Positions 47,389 to 64,000 of a stretch of 64,000 bases of DNA are shown here, one piece after another. The notes beneath the pieces were generated by a model that was not told where the DNA came from, made no database searches, and saw only the letters and a program-made list of their open reading frames with translations. The stretch lies in NCBI RefSeq assembly GCF_009914755.1, contig NC_060932.1. One strand, written 5' to 3'. Both the position numbers and the translations under genes were made by a program. Origin of the DNA: the human T2T-CHM13v2.0 reference genome, Homo sapiens. Positions within the stretch are counted from its first letter, which is position 1, and every line of letters begins with the position of its first letter.

Positions 47389-50049
47389 CTTCTATAAGTA
47401 CGGGGGCTTGGTTGACTGCCAACCCTGGAGGGTTGTCTTCCACCCATACTCTTGGCCACCGCTTAGCCAGAGCTGGTCTTATCTCTTGGCCCGACTCAGT
47501 TAAGAAAAGTCTCCATTCCTCCTCTCGGGGGACGGTAAGGGTCATAATGACTCCCGTTCCGGGTAACTTTAGCAGCGAAGACCCATGCTCTGTAAAAGAG
47601 ATAGTGGCTCTCTGCTAAGCAAGTCCCTTCCCAATAAGGGCAAGGGACAGTCAGGCGTGGACAAAAACTGATGAATCACTTTATGTCCTCCTACAGTACA
47701 AGTCCAGGGCAAGCAGAAACTTGCTTTGCTGAAACCCCTGTGGCTCCGATGATGTCAATAATCTTTTTGTATAAGGGGGCGACCGGGGCGGTTACTACCG
47801 AATGTTTAGCACCAGTATCTACAAGAAAATCAATGTTTTTACCCCTAACTGTCATCCTGAACATAGGCTCTTTCGGGGTCCTTGAGCCCGGTCCCCCTCA
47901 GTCCAATAACCCTTCTGCCAGGTTGAGCAGGGCCCCTTTCTCCTTGTCTGGAGCCTCTTGCTCCGAGTCACCTTGTTTTCTTTTTAGCTGAGGGCATTTG
48001 CTCTTCCAATGTCCTATTTCTTTACAATAAACACACTGATTACGCTGCAAACTTTGACAGCCAGGCTGAGTTTCTTTCCCGGGGCCCCCCTTCCCTTGCC
48101 TCTTTTGGGGGACCCCTCTGTTTGCTGCCGCTAACAGGTCGGCGTTTCGCTGGGCCTGACGTTCCTTCTCTCTGCAGTTTTCCTTATGGCTTACTGCATC
48201 CCTGTTTACAAACACCTGGTTAGCTACTTCTAATAACTGTGATGTGTTCATCCCTGCAAACCCAGCCTGTTTCTGCAGTTTTCTTCTAATGTCTTCTGCG
48301 CTTTGACTAACTAAAGCCATGTTAATCATGCATTGATTTTCAGAGCTATCGGGATCAAAGGGTGTATACATACCATAGGCATCACACAGTCTCTCCTAGA
48401 ATTGTGCTGGACTTTCTTCTTTTCTCTGAATGACCTCAGAGACCTTGTTAACATTTGTGGCCTCCTGGGCTCCCCTCTTTAATCCTTCCAAGAGAGCTTC
48501 CCTGTATCGGTTTAGCCTTTGCATATCCTCTCTTTCATTTGGGTCCTTCTGGGGGTCGGTTCCAGTAACTGGGTCCTTACATACTCTTGGGGGTTTTGGT
48601 AATCAGCCGGTGCATGTTCCTCTAGCCACTTAGTTGCTGCTTCTAGCACTCTCCATTTTTCATCTGTGTTAAAGAGGAACATGTGCAGCTGGTGACAATC
48701 AGTCCAAGTGGGGTTGTGGGTCTGGATATTAGTTTGGAGCAAATCAATTAGAGCTTGTGGCTTTTTGGTATAGGATGGGGTACTATTTTTCCAGTTGAGA
48801 AGGTGGGCAGAGGTGAAGGGCTGGTACACAGAAACACGCCTCCCCACCACATGACCATCCTCATCTATCCCTGTATACCTCTGCTCTCTCAGGAGCATTT
48901 GGATCCCCGTTTTGGGTCTTAAACGAGCTGCCAAGGGAGGGGTTCCTCCCGAGTCCTCACCTCTTCTTTTGTATACTCTGGGTTGCCTAGGGATATGTTT
49001 GTCTTGTGGAGGCCCAAGCACTGTGGACTCAAAAGTGGGGAGCCTTTCTCCCTGGTAAGGGGAGGGCACCACTGGGATCACTGGTGCCATCTCCTGCAAT
49101 GCATGTTCTGCTGTTTGGTTGAACAGATCTTCAGGTGTTGATTTCCCTCGGCTGGTGGAGCGCGATCCTTCCTTGGCTATCTGTCCCTACGCTACTAGCA
49201 CTGCTGCTGCCTGCCCTCTTAGCCACTGTGGGGGGTTTAGCATCAGCTGTAACCAAGTGTCTATGTATGGAAACTGGTCTGAGTGTCCTGACTTACCAAT
49301 TACCTTGTGCCATACCTTAGAAACAAGGGACCTGCCCAGGCTTCCTTCTGATGGCCAACCCACTTCTAAAGCTGGGCAATCTATTTCATACAAAGTTCTA
49401 AATTTCCCTGGTGTCATAGTAACCCTATAGTCTCCATTAAATCCTTTCTTAAAATTTTTCATCATAGTTCCTAGCAGAGTAGGCTTACTTTGTGTCTGAC
49501 CCACGTTTCCTCGAGACAAAACACCAAGCTCACACCACACGCACACCACAGAACAAAGAATGAGTAAAAAGGGCACACACACACTTTTTCAGTTTTCACC
49601 AAACCAGAATCAAAACCAAAATCGGAGTATCCAGAAATCCAAGCCAGGTCAAACCAAAACCAAAGTATCAAGCAATTCAATTCAAGTCAAAAACAAAAAC
49701 CAAAGTGCCAGTACAGGCACGCCGTGGGTGATCAGGCCACACTTCCACTCAAATAGAGTGGGCAAGTTCCAAAGACCAGTCTTACTAAGTTTCAAATGTC
49801 CAGACTCCAAGTGCCTGTTCCTTCCCGGTGTTCACCCACTATGTTGATCCTCCACCGGGGCCTACCACACACTGCTCTGACGAGGCATTCCACCGGGTCA
49901 ATTGCCTACCCAGGAGAGCTCTCAGGATCCGCGTCGCTCAAACTGGCAGGAGTCCCCCGCAGGGATGCTCCACAGGGCAGGCCTAAGCCGCCTAAAGGGC
50001 TGCCTCAACTGTCCGTCAATTACCTCGCTTCCCGGTCAGGGAACCAAGA
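47389..50049 (-). mobile_element. HERV-E internal fragment: PBS, leader, gag, pro, start of pol; no LTRs
   Basis: Gag (G)VGQTQSKPT..NFKKGFNGDY with the start codon as GTG at 49504; YQPFTS; CVYCKEIGHWKSKC knuckle; stop at 47900-47898; protease FLVDTGA; Glu PBS. Confidence 0.88.
50029..50046 (-). promoter_or_regulatory. HERV-E primer binding site (tRNA-Glu)
   Basis: TGGTTCCCTGACCGGGAA, complementary to the tRNA-Glu 3' end (TTCCCGGTCAGGGAACCA). Confidence 0.92.
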
Positions 50050-53000
50050 CTAGGGTGGGGCAGTCTTTAAAGCTGTCTTCAAGGAACAGAAAGAGGAGTG
50101 GGGAAAGGATTTAGGATCTATGGGGTCAGCTAGGTTTCCTTTTGTGAGTTTATATAATGGTTTTGTTAGGATGGCAAAACCAGATATCTAAAGGTGAAAG
50201 TGTCCAACCATGCACAGGAAGGAAAGGAGTTGTTGTTTTGTAGAAGGGGTTGGGGTTTGAGAGATGAGTCACACACGATCGGCAGAGAGAGCACGTGTGT
50301 TTTTATGAGAATTATGCTGAGATAGGTAACAGATAAGGGAGAAATTTGGGCTTGACTGAAGTAATGGGGGCTGTCTGTGAAGCTTTGCGACAGTACAGCC
50401 CAGGTAATTTGCTGAGCTTGATGGGTGTCAGGGTCAGTCCAAGTGAAAGCGAAGAGTGACTGGGATGAAGGGTGCAAAGGAATAGTAAAGAAAGCATGTT
50501 TGAGATCCAGAACAGAATAATGGGTTGTGGAGGGAGGAACTGAGGATAGGAGAGTATATGTGTTTGGCACCTTGGGGTGGATAGGCAAAACAATTTGGTT
50601 GATAAGGCACAGATCTTGAACTAACTTGTAAGGCTTGTCTGGTTTTAGGACAGGTAAAATGGGGGAATTGTAAGGAGAGTTTATAGGCTTTAAAAGGCCA
50701 TGCTGTAGCAGGTGAGTGATAACAGGCTTTAATGCTTTCAAAGCATGCTGTGGGATGGGATATTGGCATTGAGAGGGGTAAGAGTGATTAGGTTTTAATG
50801 AGATGGTAAGGGGTGCATGATAGGTTGCCAAGGAGGGAATAGAGGTATCTTCTACTTGTGGGTTAAGGTGGGTGGCAATGAGGTGTGGCTGTAGTCCAGG
50901 AATAGTCAGGGAAGCAGATAATTTAGTTAAAGTGTCTCAGCCTAATAAGGGAACTGGGCAGGTGGGGACAACTAAAAAGGAGTGCTTAAAAGAGTGTTGT
51001 CTAAGTTGGCACCAGAGTTGGGGAGTTTTAAGAGGTTTAGAAGCCTGGCTGTCAATACTCACAACAGTTATGGAGGGAAGGGAAACAGGCCCTTGAAAAG
51101 AAGGTAATGTGGAGTGGTTAGCCTCCGTATTGATTAAGAAGGGGATGGACTTATCCTCCACTGTGAGAGTTACCTAGAGCGTCTGTGATGGTCCTGTAGG
51201 CTTCCGAGGTGATCTATCAGGCAGTGTCAGTCTTCAGCTGCTAAGCCAAGAAGATCTGGGAAGGAATCAGTCAGAGAGCCTTGGGCTGGAGTTCCAGGGG
51301 CTCTAGGAGTGGCTGCCAGGTGAGTTGAACAGTCCGATTTCTAGTTGGGTCTCGCACAGATGGGACATGGCTCAGGAGGAATCCCGGGCTGCAGGCATTC
51401 CTTGGTCTGGTGGCCAGATTTCTGGCACTTGTAGCAAGCTCCTGGGGTAGGTGGTTCTGGAGGAATGCCTGGCCACTGCGCTTCAGGCGTTTGGAAGTTC
51501 TTGTGTGCTGGAGATTTGGCTGGGCTTTGTCTCACAGTGGAGGCAAGGAATTGCAACTGAGAAATATGTTGCTGCTAGGCTGCCTCTACTCCATTATTGT
51601 ACACCTTGAAGTTGAGGTTAATTAAGTCCTGTTGTGGGGTTTGAGGGCCGGAATTTAATTTTGGAGTTTTATTTAATGTCGGGAGCAGATTGGGTAATAA
51701 AATGTATATTGAGAATAAGACGGCCTTTTGACGTTTTAGGGTCTAGGGCTGTAAAGCATCTCAGGGTTGCTGCCAAACGAGCCATGAACTGGGGTGGATT
51801 TTTATATTTGATGAAAAAGAGGCTAAATGCTATCTGATTTGGGATAAAGAAAAAGGAGCATTAACCTTGACTATGTCTTTAGCTCCAGGCACCTGTTTAA
51901 GAGTAAATTGCTGGGCAGGTGGGGGAGGGCTAGTCACGGAATTAAACTGTAAGCCAGACCCAGTGTGAGGAGGGGAGGTGATAAAAGGATTATAGGGTGG
52001 AGAAGTGGAGGCTGAGGAAGAATTGGGACCTAGCTCAGGCTGGCCAGGATGGGAGAGGTCAGATGGGTCTGTAGAAAAGGAAGATTAGAAAGACTCAGCG
52101 ACACTTGGGGTTGGGACTGAGGGGACAGGTGGGAGGGAAAGGAGGAAGATTTCGGATGAGTTGCACTGGGAACAGAGACTAGGGAGGGACCAATGTGTAA
52201 AAGAATGCCTGGACATCAGGCATCTCAGATCATTTGCCCATCTTATGACAAGAAGTATCTAGATCTTGTAGGATGGAAAAATTGAAAGTGCCATTCTCTG
52301 GCTATTTGGAACCACTGCTGAGTTTGTATTGGGGTCAAGTAGCATTGTAGAAGAAAATAAGGCATTTAGGTTTTAGGTCAGGTGTGAGTTGAAGAGGTTT
52401 TAGGTTTTGAAGAACACAGGGTAAGGGAGAAGAAAGGGGAATGGAAGGCGGAAGCTTGCCCATAGTGAAGGAGGCAAGCCTAGAGAAAAGAGAGAGTAGA
52501 GACATGGAGAGAAGGGGTGGGGGGTTCTTGCCTTCCAGAATAGAGGGAAAGGGTTGGGGGCACAGAAATAAAGGGTTGGGGTGCAGAGATAAGAGGTCAG
52601 GTTGTGGAAATAAGGGATCGGGACACAGAGATGAGGTCAGGGCATGGAAATAAGGGATCGGGGTGCAGAGATAAGAGGTCGGGGTTCCTGTCCCTCCCCC
52701 AGAAAAGTGGGACATGCTGCTAAGGGTGAAGGAGAAGGGGTTGAGGGGTTCTTGTCCCTCCCCCAGAAAAGCAGGTCTTGCTGCTAAGGGTGAAGGAACA
52801 AGGCAGGCATCCCTGCATGGTCTGACACCTCTGAAACCTCGGTGAATAATCAGAGAGGTGTCCCTGCAATGATTAAACACCAAGGAAAGGCTGCCTTCCC
52901 TAGTCCGTGACTGGTGCCAGAGTTTTGGGTCCACAGATAAAACGTGTCCCCTTTGTCTCTACCAGAAAATGAAAGGAATTGAAATTAAGAGAAGGGAGAG

Positions 53001-53234
53001 ATTGAAGTGTGGTGCCAAGATTGGGAGGAGAAAGAGGTGGAGGGATAGTGAGGGAGGTTGGAGAAGAGAGTAAAAAGAAGCCGCTTACCAGATTTGAAAT
53101 TGGTGAGATGTTTCTTGGGCTGGTCAGTCTGAGAACCTGAAGTCATAGGTGGATCTTTCTCACAGAGCAAAGAGCAGGAGGACAGGGGATTGATCTCCCA
53201 AGGGAAGTCCCTCGATCCCAGTCACGGCACCAAA
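50050..53234 (-). mobile_element. HERV-H internal 5' part (leader repeats, gag remnants, pro, deleted pol)
   Basis: CYKCQKSGHQTKEC knuckle; protease INTEA; RT segment SPYNSPIL..VLDLKHAFF with the YxDD region missing; tandem leader repeats near 52540-52760. Confidence 0.9.
53215..53232 (-). promoter_or_regulatory. HERV-H primer binding site (tRNA-His)
   Basis: TGGTGCCGTGACTGGGAT, 17/18 to TGGTGCCGTGACTCGGAT. Confidence 0.9.
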
Positions 53235-53588
53235 TTTCACATGCATCCATGTGAAGAGACCACCAAACAGGCTTTGTGTGAGCAGTAAAGCTGTTTATTT
53301 CACCTGGGTACAGGTGGGCTGAGTCCAAAAAGAGAGTCAGTGAAGGGAGATAGGGGTGGGGCAATTTTATAGGATTTGGGTAGGTAAAGGAAAAAGGGGG
53401 GTTGTTCTCTGGCAGGCAGGAGTGGGGGCCACAAGGTGCTCAGTAGGGGAGCTTTGGAGCCAGGATGAGCAAGGAGAAGGAATTTCACAAGATAATGTCA
53501 TCAGTTAAGGCAGGAACCGGCCATCTGGATATGTACATGCAGGTCACAGGAGATAATGATGGCTTAGCTTGGGCTCAGAGGACTGACA
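53235..53588 (-). mobile_element. LTR7-family 5' LTR of HERV-H
   Basis: Starts TGTCAGTCCTCTGAGCCCAAGCTAAGCC; AATAAA present; ends ...GCATGTGAAA before the PBS. Confidence 0.92.
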
Positions 53589-54180
<592 letters not shown>

Positions 54181-54389
54181 GCACTCGTGCTGTTGGTTAG
54201 ACTTTGCTGACCTTGTGTCTGTTATTCCCTGGCAGTTCTACAAGGCCTGGAGCTGATAGGAAAAACCTCCCTTCTTTCCCAAATGGTCCCCAGCTGCCCC
54301 GTTCACTGAAGGCCCTGCAGTCAGGAACGGTCAGGACTTCACACCCAGTTGTTGTGGGTGTTTGGCCGACACGACACTTCCTCTTGTGT

Positions 54390-54540
54390 GATTCATGGAC
54401 CCGCAGCATTGCGTCACCTGGGAGCTTTTGGTATTGAAGACTCTCAGGGCTCACCCGGAAGGACCTGCTGGGCCAGAATCTACATTTTAACAAGATGCCC
54501 AGGTGATTTGCATACACGTTCAGATCTGAGAAGCGCTAGT
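54390..54540. mobile_element. MER5A-like
   Basis: AGAATCTACATTTTAACAAGATGCCCAGGTGATT motif. Confidence 0.75.
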
Positions 54541-54891
54541 AGGTGAGGCTTTAAGGTGGTAATTAGATCTTTTCTCCACCTGCAAGAATCTTAGTTTCTT
54601 CATGTTAAATCTATTAACTGTGGCAATGGCATGGGGGGTTATAAAACAAAACAAAATCCTTACATCAAGAATGCACCGTGGTGTGTTATGGATGTGGGTG
54701 AAATGAAATGTCTGGAATTTGCTTTAAAATATCCTAAAATAGCAAGAAGGAAAAGAAAAGTGGGAACTGGAATGAGATTGGCGAAATGTTGACAAGTTCT
54801 TGCAGTGGGATGATGGGTGCATGGGGGTTCATGGTGTAATTCTCTCCCTGATTTTTGTGCATATGGGAAATTTCCATAATGAAAAGTTAGA

Positions 54892-55181
54892 GGTCAGGCA
54901 CGGTGGCTCATGCCTGTAATCTCAGCATTTTGGGAGGCTGAGGTGGGTAGATTGCTTTAACCTAGGAGTTCAAGACCATCCTGGACAACATGGTGAAATC
55001 CCATCTCTACTAAAAATGCAAAAATTAGGCATGGTGAAAACATGCCTGTAGTCATGTTGAGGTACGAGGTTGAGAACTGAGAATCACTTGAACCAAGGAG
55101 GCGGAGGTTGCAGTGAGCGGAGATCCAGTGAGCTGGAGATCACTCCAGCCTGGGTGACAGAGTGAGACTTGGTCTCAAAAA
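54892..55181 (+). mobile_element. Alu (diverged, internally altered)
   Basis: Alu arms with poly-A. Confidence 0.88.
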
Positions 55182-55192
55182 AATTTTTAATT

Positions 55193-55492
<300 letters not shown>

Positions 55493-55496
55493 TTAA

Positions 55497-55805
<309 letters not shown>

Positions 55806-56195
55806 TCAACTGTTTTTCATGACTCCACTTTTTCTCTCCTCTTGGAAATGTGTAGTTTTTGAGGGAATGTCATTTTGTCTCAATCTCTGGTTTCTTTGCT
55901 CAGTGCACCTGTGTTTGGGGCTTTGTTGATCTCCAGGCCTTTTTCAGCAGCGTTGTCCCTGGAGAGCAGGATGGGAGCTGATGGCTTCTCAGCATCTTTT
56001 AACTCAGTTTAAAGATGACTATCAACAACATCTAGTCAGCATCTGTTGCTCTAGGCAACTGGGACTTCATTTCCTTTCTCTTTCTCCACCTCTCTAACCT
56101 CTTTAAGACTCTGTCTTTGTCATGGGTACAGCATCACCTGTGTGGCCCTTAGGCTCCCTTACTTACATGTGATCTGCATATTATGTCTTTACTTC

Positions 56196-56415
56196 AGGGC
56201 TTTTCAGCCAGGGGGTGATTTTGCCCCCCAGAGAACACGTGGCCATGTCTGGAGACAATTTTGGTGGTTGCGGCTGGAGGAGGTGGTGCTACTGGCAGCT
56301 AATGGGTAGAGGCCAGCGATGCTGCTAAGCATCCTACAATGCCCTGGACAACTCCCACTAAGACAAAAGAATGATCCAGCCCCAAATGTCAATAGTGCTG
56401 AAAGTGAGAGACCCT
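56196..56415. mobile_element. MER20 hAT element
   Basis: CAG...GGGGGTGATTTTGCCCCCCAG...CCCCAAATGTCAATAGTGC...CCCTG. Confidence 0.9.
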
Positions 56416-56589
56416 GATTCCATCTTAGAGATCATCCAAGCACACTTGGCCAAATTGTTTTTGCTACTGTCCCATGAAGAAAAGGCAGACTCATTACCGA
56501 TGGCAACATCGATGGGAGTTTTGCTTAGCTCTTCTTTGTGGACTTTGGGATACGGTGTCTTACCATTTGTGCAAGTTGTGCATTGCTTA

Positions 56590-56605
56590 CCTCCAGGGGG
56601 CGCCA
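56590..56605 (+). promoter_or_regulatory. Candidate CTCF binding site
   Basis: CCTCCAGGGGGCGCCA closely matches the CTCF core CCACCAGGGGGCGC. Confidence 0.6.
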
Positions 56606-57942
56606 CCCACATATTTATGAAAATGCCACCCCGGGAGTTGCACAGTATATAGTCTATATGGAAATAAGCAGTTGCTCTGGTTTTGGGGTTATCCTGGGGT
56701 GCTCTGGAACTGGGAGGAACTTTATTTCTGGCCATTAGAGGCCCTGAGCATGATATTGAGTATCCTTTCAAGAAAGGAGAAATGTTGAACAGAGAGGACC
56801 TCATTTTTATAACTCTTGACCATCATCTAGTTACGGAGCATCCACTTTTCACCCCTGGGCCATAACCATTTGACGCATGAAAAATCATCAAATTATAATA
56901 TCATGGCTTATACTTTTGATAGCTTCTGCCCGGAACATGGCGGTAAGAGCTTCTCATTTTCAATTGATTCATTGGGGGAGAAAATATACACGGCTGTCCT
57001 AAGACTTTCTATGACACACAATTTGCTTGACGGGATTTCTTTAGTTTCTGCAGCATAACTTATTCTAACTGGTCCTCAATCACTTTGCAATAAAACCTGA
57101 GATTGTGAAGATGTTCATTGTCATTACCAGTGACGGAGCAGTAAGTACAGAGTTCTGGAGAGGGAAGGAATCGAGAGAGTTAAACTAGCAGAATGAGCCG
57201 CTCACCCTCAGAATTGCTTTTAGTCTTGGTGAGAACTGAGGGGAATTTTGACAGGGTTCAGGGGGACTGCGGGGAGTGGGGCTGGGAGGTGGCTGTTTGC
57301 ACATGTGGTCAGCAAATCCAGTGAGGCGGTCCATGTACTGTGGGCAGCCCCATAGATGGAGTTGGGATTGCCCTGGACTGAGTACTGTGTCATCAGTACT
57401 CAAGACATCAAGGCCCAGGCTGGTGCAGGAGACACATTGCACTGTGTCAGCCTTTCTTCTATCGCTCCTCTCCAATGATAGTTCCTGATTTTCCGCTGAG
57501 GAGTCACTAGTCCCCAACGGCATGTGTGCCACTGGCCATTCCCCACCCTGATCTGGATCTGGGGCATGTGGTCCCAGCCTGGATGCCAGTGTCCTTCCAC
57601 CACCCTGGCCACAGTGATTGGGTCTGAGAAGCAGATTAGCCAAAGGAGAGACAATCTTGGAAATTTCATTTTCATGCTTAAGAAAGTAAAATGGAAAGCG
57701 CGGGGAGGGTGAGGGGTCATTCTGATGATATAGTTTTAGGACCTGGATGTAGCCACACCTGTAGCTGTCACCTCTGTGCTATAGTACTGCTTTTTTTTCC
57801 CTTCAAATTTAAATACTTTCTAAAGGCAAGGTCTTGCTATGTTGCTTAGGCTGGTTTTGAAAACTCCCTTTTGGGGGGATGCTTTCACTGCTTCACTTCC
57901 TTTCTATGAGAGCTCACGGAATCAGAAGACAAAGGAGATGAC

Positions 57943-58356
57943 TTTTTTTTTTTTTTTTTTTTTTTTTTTGAGACAGGGCTTGCTCTATTGCCCAGGCTGG
58001 AGTGCAGTGGTGCAATCACAGCTCGCCACAGCCTTGATCTTCTGGACTCAAGCGACCCTCCTGCTTCAGCCTCCTGAGTAGCTGGGACTGTAGGCCGCTA
58101 CCCCCATGCCCAGCTAATTATTATTATTATTTTTTCTTTAGAAATGAGATCTCACTATGTCACCCAGGCTGGCCTCAAACTCCTGGGCTCAAGTGATCGT
58201 CCTGCCTTAGCTTCCCAAACTTACAGGTGTGAGCCCCCACACCAGTCAACGCTGTGGTCTTATGCACCTGGTGTCCCCTATGCCCTGAGCAATGATCCTC
58301 CTGCTTCAAACTCCGAAAGTGCTGGGATAACAGATGTGAAGCAGCATGTGTGGCCC
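57943..58356 (-). mobile_element. AluJ-like plus an extra Alu 5'-end fragment
   Basis: Reverse Alu followed by a second CCTCC..AAAGTGCTGGGAT segment. Confidence 0.8.
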
Positions 58357-58359
58357 ACA

Positions 58360-59240
<881 letters not shown>

Positions 59241-59249
59241 ACATAAGTA

Positions 59250-59552
59250 CTTTCTTTTTTTTTTCTTTTTTTGAGACGGAGTCTCGCTCTGTTGCCCAGG
59301 CTGGAGTGCAGTGGCGCGATCTCGGCTCACTGCAATCTCCGCCTCCTGGGTTCACGCCATTCTCCTGCCTCAGCCTCCTGAGTAGCTGGGACTACAGGCA
59401 CCCGCCACCACGCCCAGCTAATTTTTTGTATTTTTAATAGAGACAAGGTTTCGCCGTGTTAGCCAGGATGGTCTCCATCTCCTGACCTCGTGATCCGCCT
59501 GCCTCAGCCTCCCAAAGTGCTGGGATTACAGGCGTGAACCACCACGTCCGGC
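59250..59552 (-). mobile_element. AluY
   Basis: AluY-type motifs; TSD AAGTACTTT. Confidence 0.94.
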
Positions 59553-59859
59553 CGAATACAAGTACTTTTAAATTAACTCTCCTCTTCTCTCCATCTTCTT
59601 CTAAATCATCATTTTTGCCTAAGCAACAGCTAGGGTCTAATACAGATGTGACGACTCACTTCAAAGTGGGGGAAGCCCCCATGTGCACCCAAACCTCCTG
59701 CTGCCTTGGCCCAGGGTTCAGAGACTGGACCATCATTCTGGAGGCTTGCTGGAGATCTGAGCCAGGGCATCATTCTCTGTTGCCTTTAAACAAAGGCTGG
59801 TGCTCGCCCAGGCTCGTGAGCTCCACCGAGGATCTATTTGGAAGGCAGAATTCTGAGAT

Positions 59860-61220
<1,361 letters not shown>

Positions 61221-61516
61221 TAGGTGGGAAGAGGAAAAGTGTCTTGAAGGAAGTAAGTCCCTTCAGATAAGGGAGGGAGAAGCTTGATCAATATGCAGAC
61301 TTTCACAGTCCTTCAGTCCTGGGGATACTGGTGGAGAGACAGGTCTTGCCTTATATTTGAGAGTTACCATCCCAGGCAGAGGCCCTACTTCCACCTTCTT
61401 GCAGGTGGGGCTGGGGAGCAAATACTTAGAGGAGAAACGAACACCCTTTGTAAGCATGTGAAAAGTTTCTGGAGTAGAGAGATGATGAAGCAGGATATTG
61501 GGAGTCAACAGCCGAA

Positions 61517-64000
<2,484 letters not shown>

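Noticed and set aside
50029-50046. Perfect match to a tRNA-Glu 3' end
   Set aside because: Only 18 nt including CCA; it is a retroviral PBS, not a tRNA gene. The same applies to the Lys and His matches.
52335-52934. 199-aa Pro/Leu-rich ORF
   Set aside because: Lies in the HERV-H leader tandem repeats; low complexity.
56358-56804. 148-aa ORF in unique sequence
   Set aside because: No recognisable domain, it ends inside MER20, and it has no supporting exon structure.

Overview
This is human/primate nuclear DNA, not prokaryotic: no operons, rRNA or tRNA genes, or CRISPR arrays. It is dense in transposable elements and resembles the FAM86B-ENPP7P-HERV-K segmental-duplication cassette (8p23.1-type; locus assignment is from memory). 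On the minus strand it carries exons 1-4 of a FAM86B (EEF2KMT-paralog) gene behind a G-skewed CpG island, two fossil exons of an ENPP7-like phosphodiesterase, a solo LTR12 nested in a MER93-like LTR nested in an AluJ, a full-length defective HERV-K(HML-2, LTR5A-type) provirus (28560-38099), a HERV-H 5' half joined directly to a HERV-E gag-pro at its tRNA-Glu primer binding site, and the 3' end of an L1PA. There are also about 45 Alus, MIR/L2/MLT1/MER relics and a ~0.9 kb purine-pyrimidine minisatellite. I see no clearly new biological system. The best leads are: (1) the ENPP7 pseudogene looks like a fossil of a separate, long-functional ENPP7 paralog; (2) the HERV-H/HERV-E junction sits exactly at the PBS; (3) GT>AT splice-donor losses in FAM86B exon 3 and in HERV-K rec; (4) a tail-less AluY patch with no target-site duplication; (5) a 56-bp target-site duplication. 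Repeat subfamily names and reference proteins are recalled from memory, not from a database search, and Alu boundaries are approximate.
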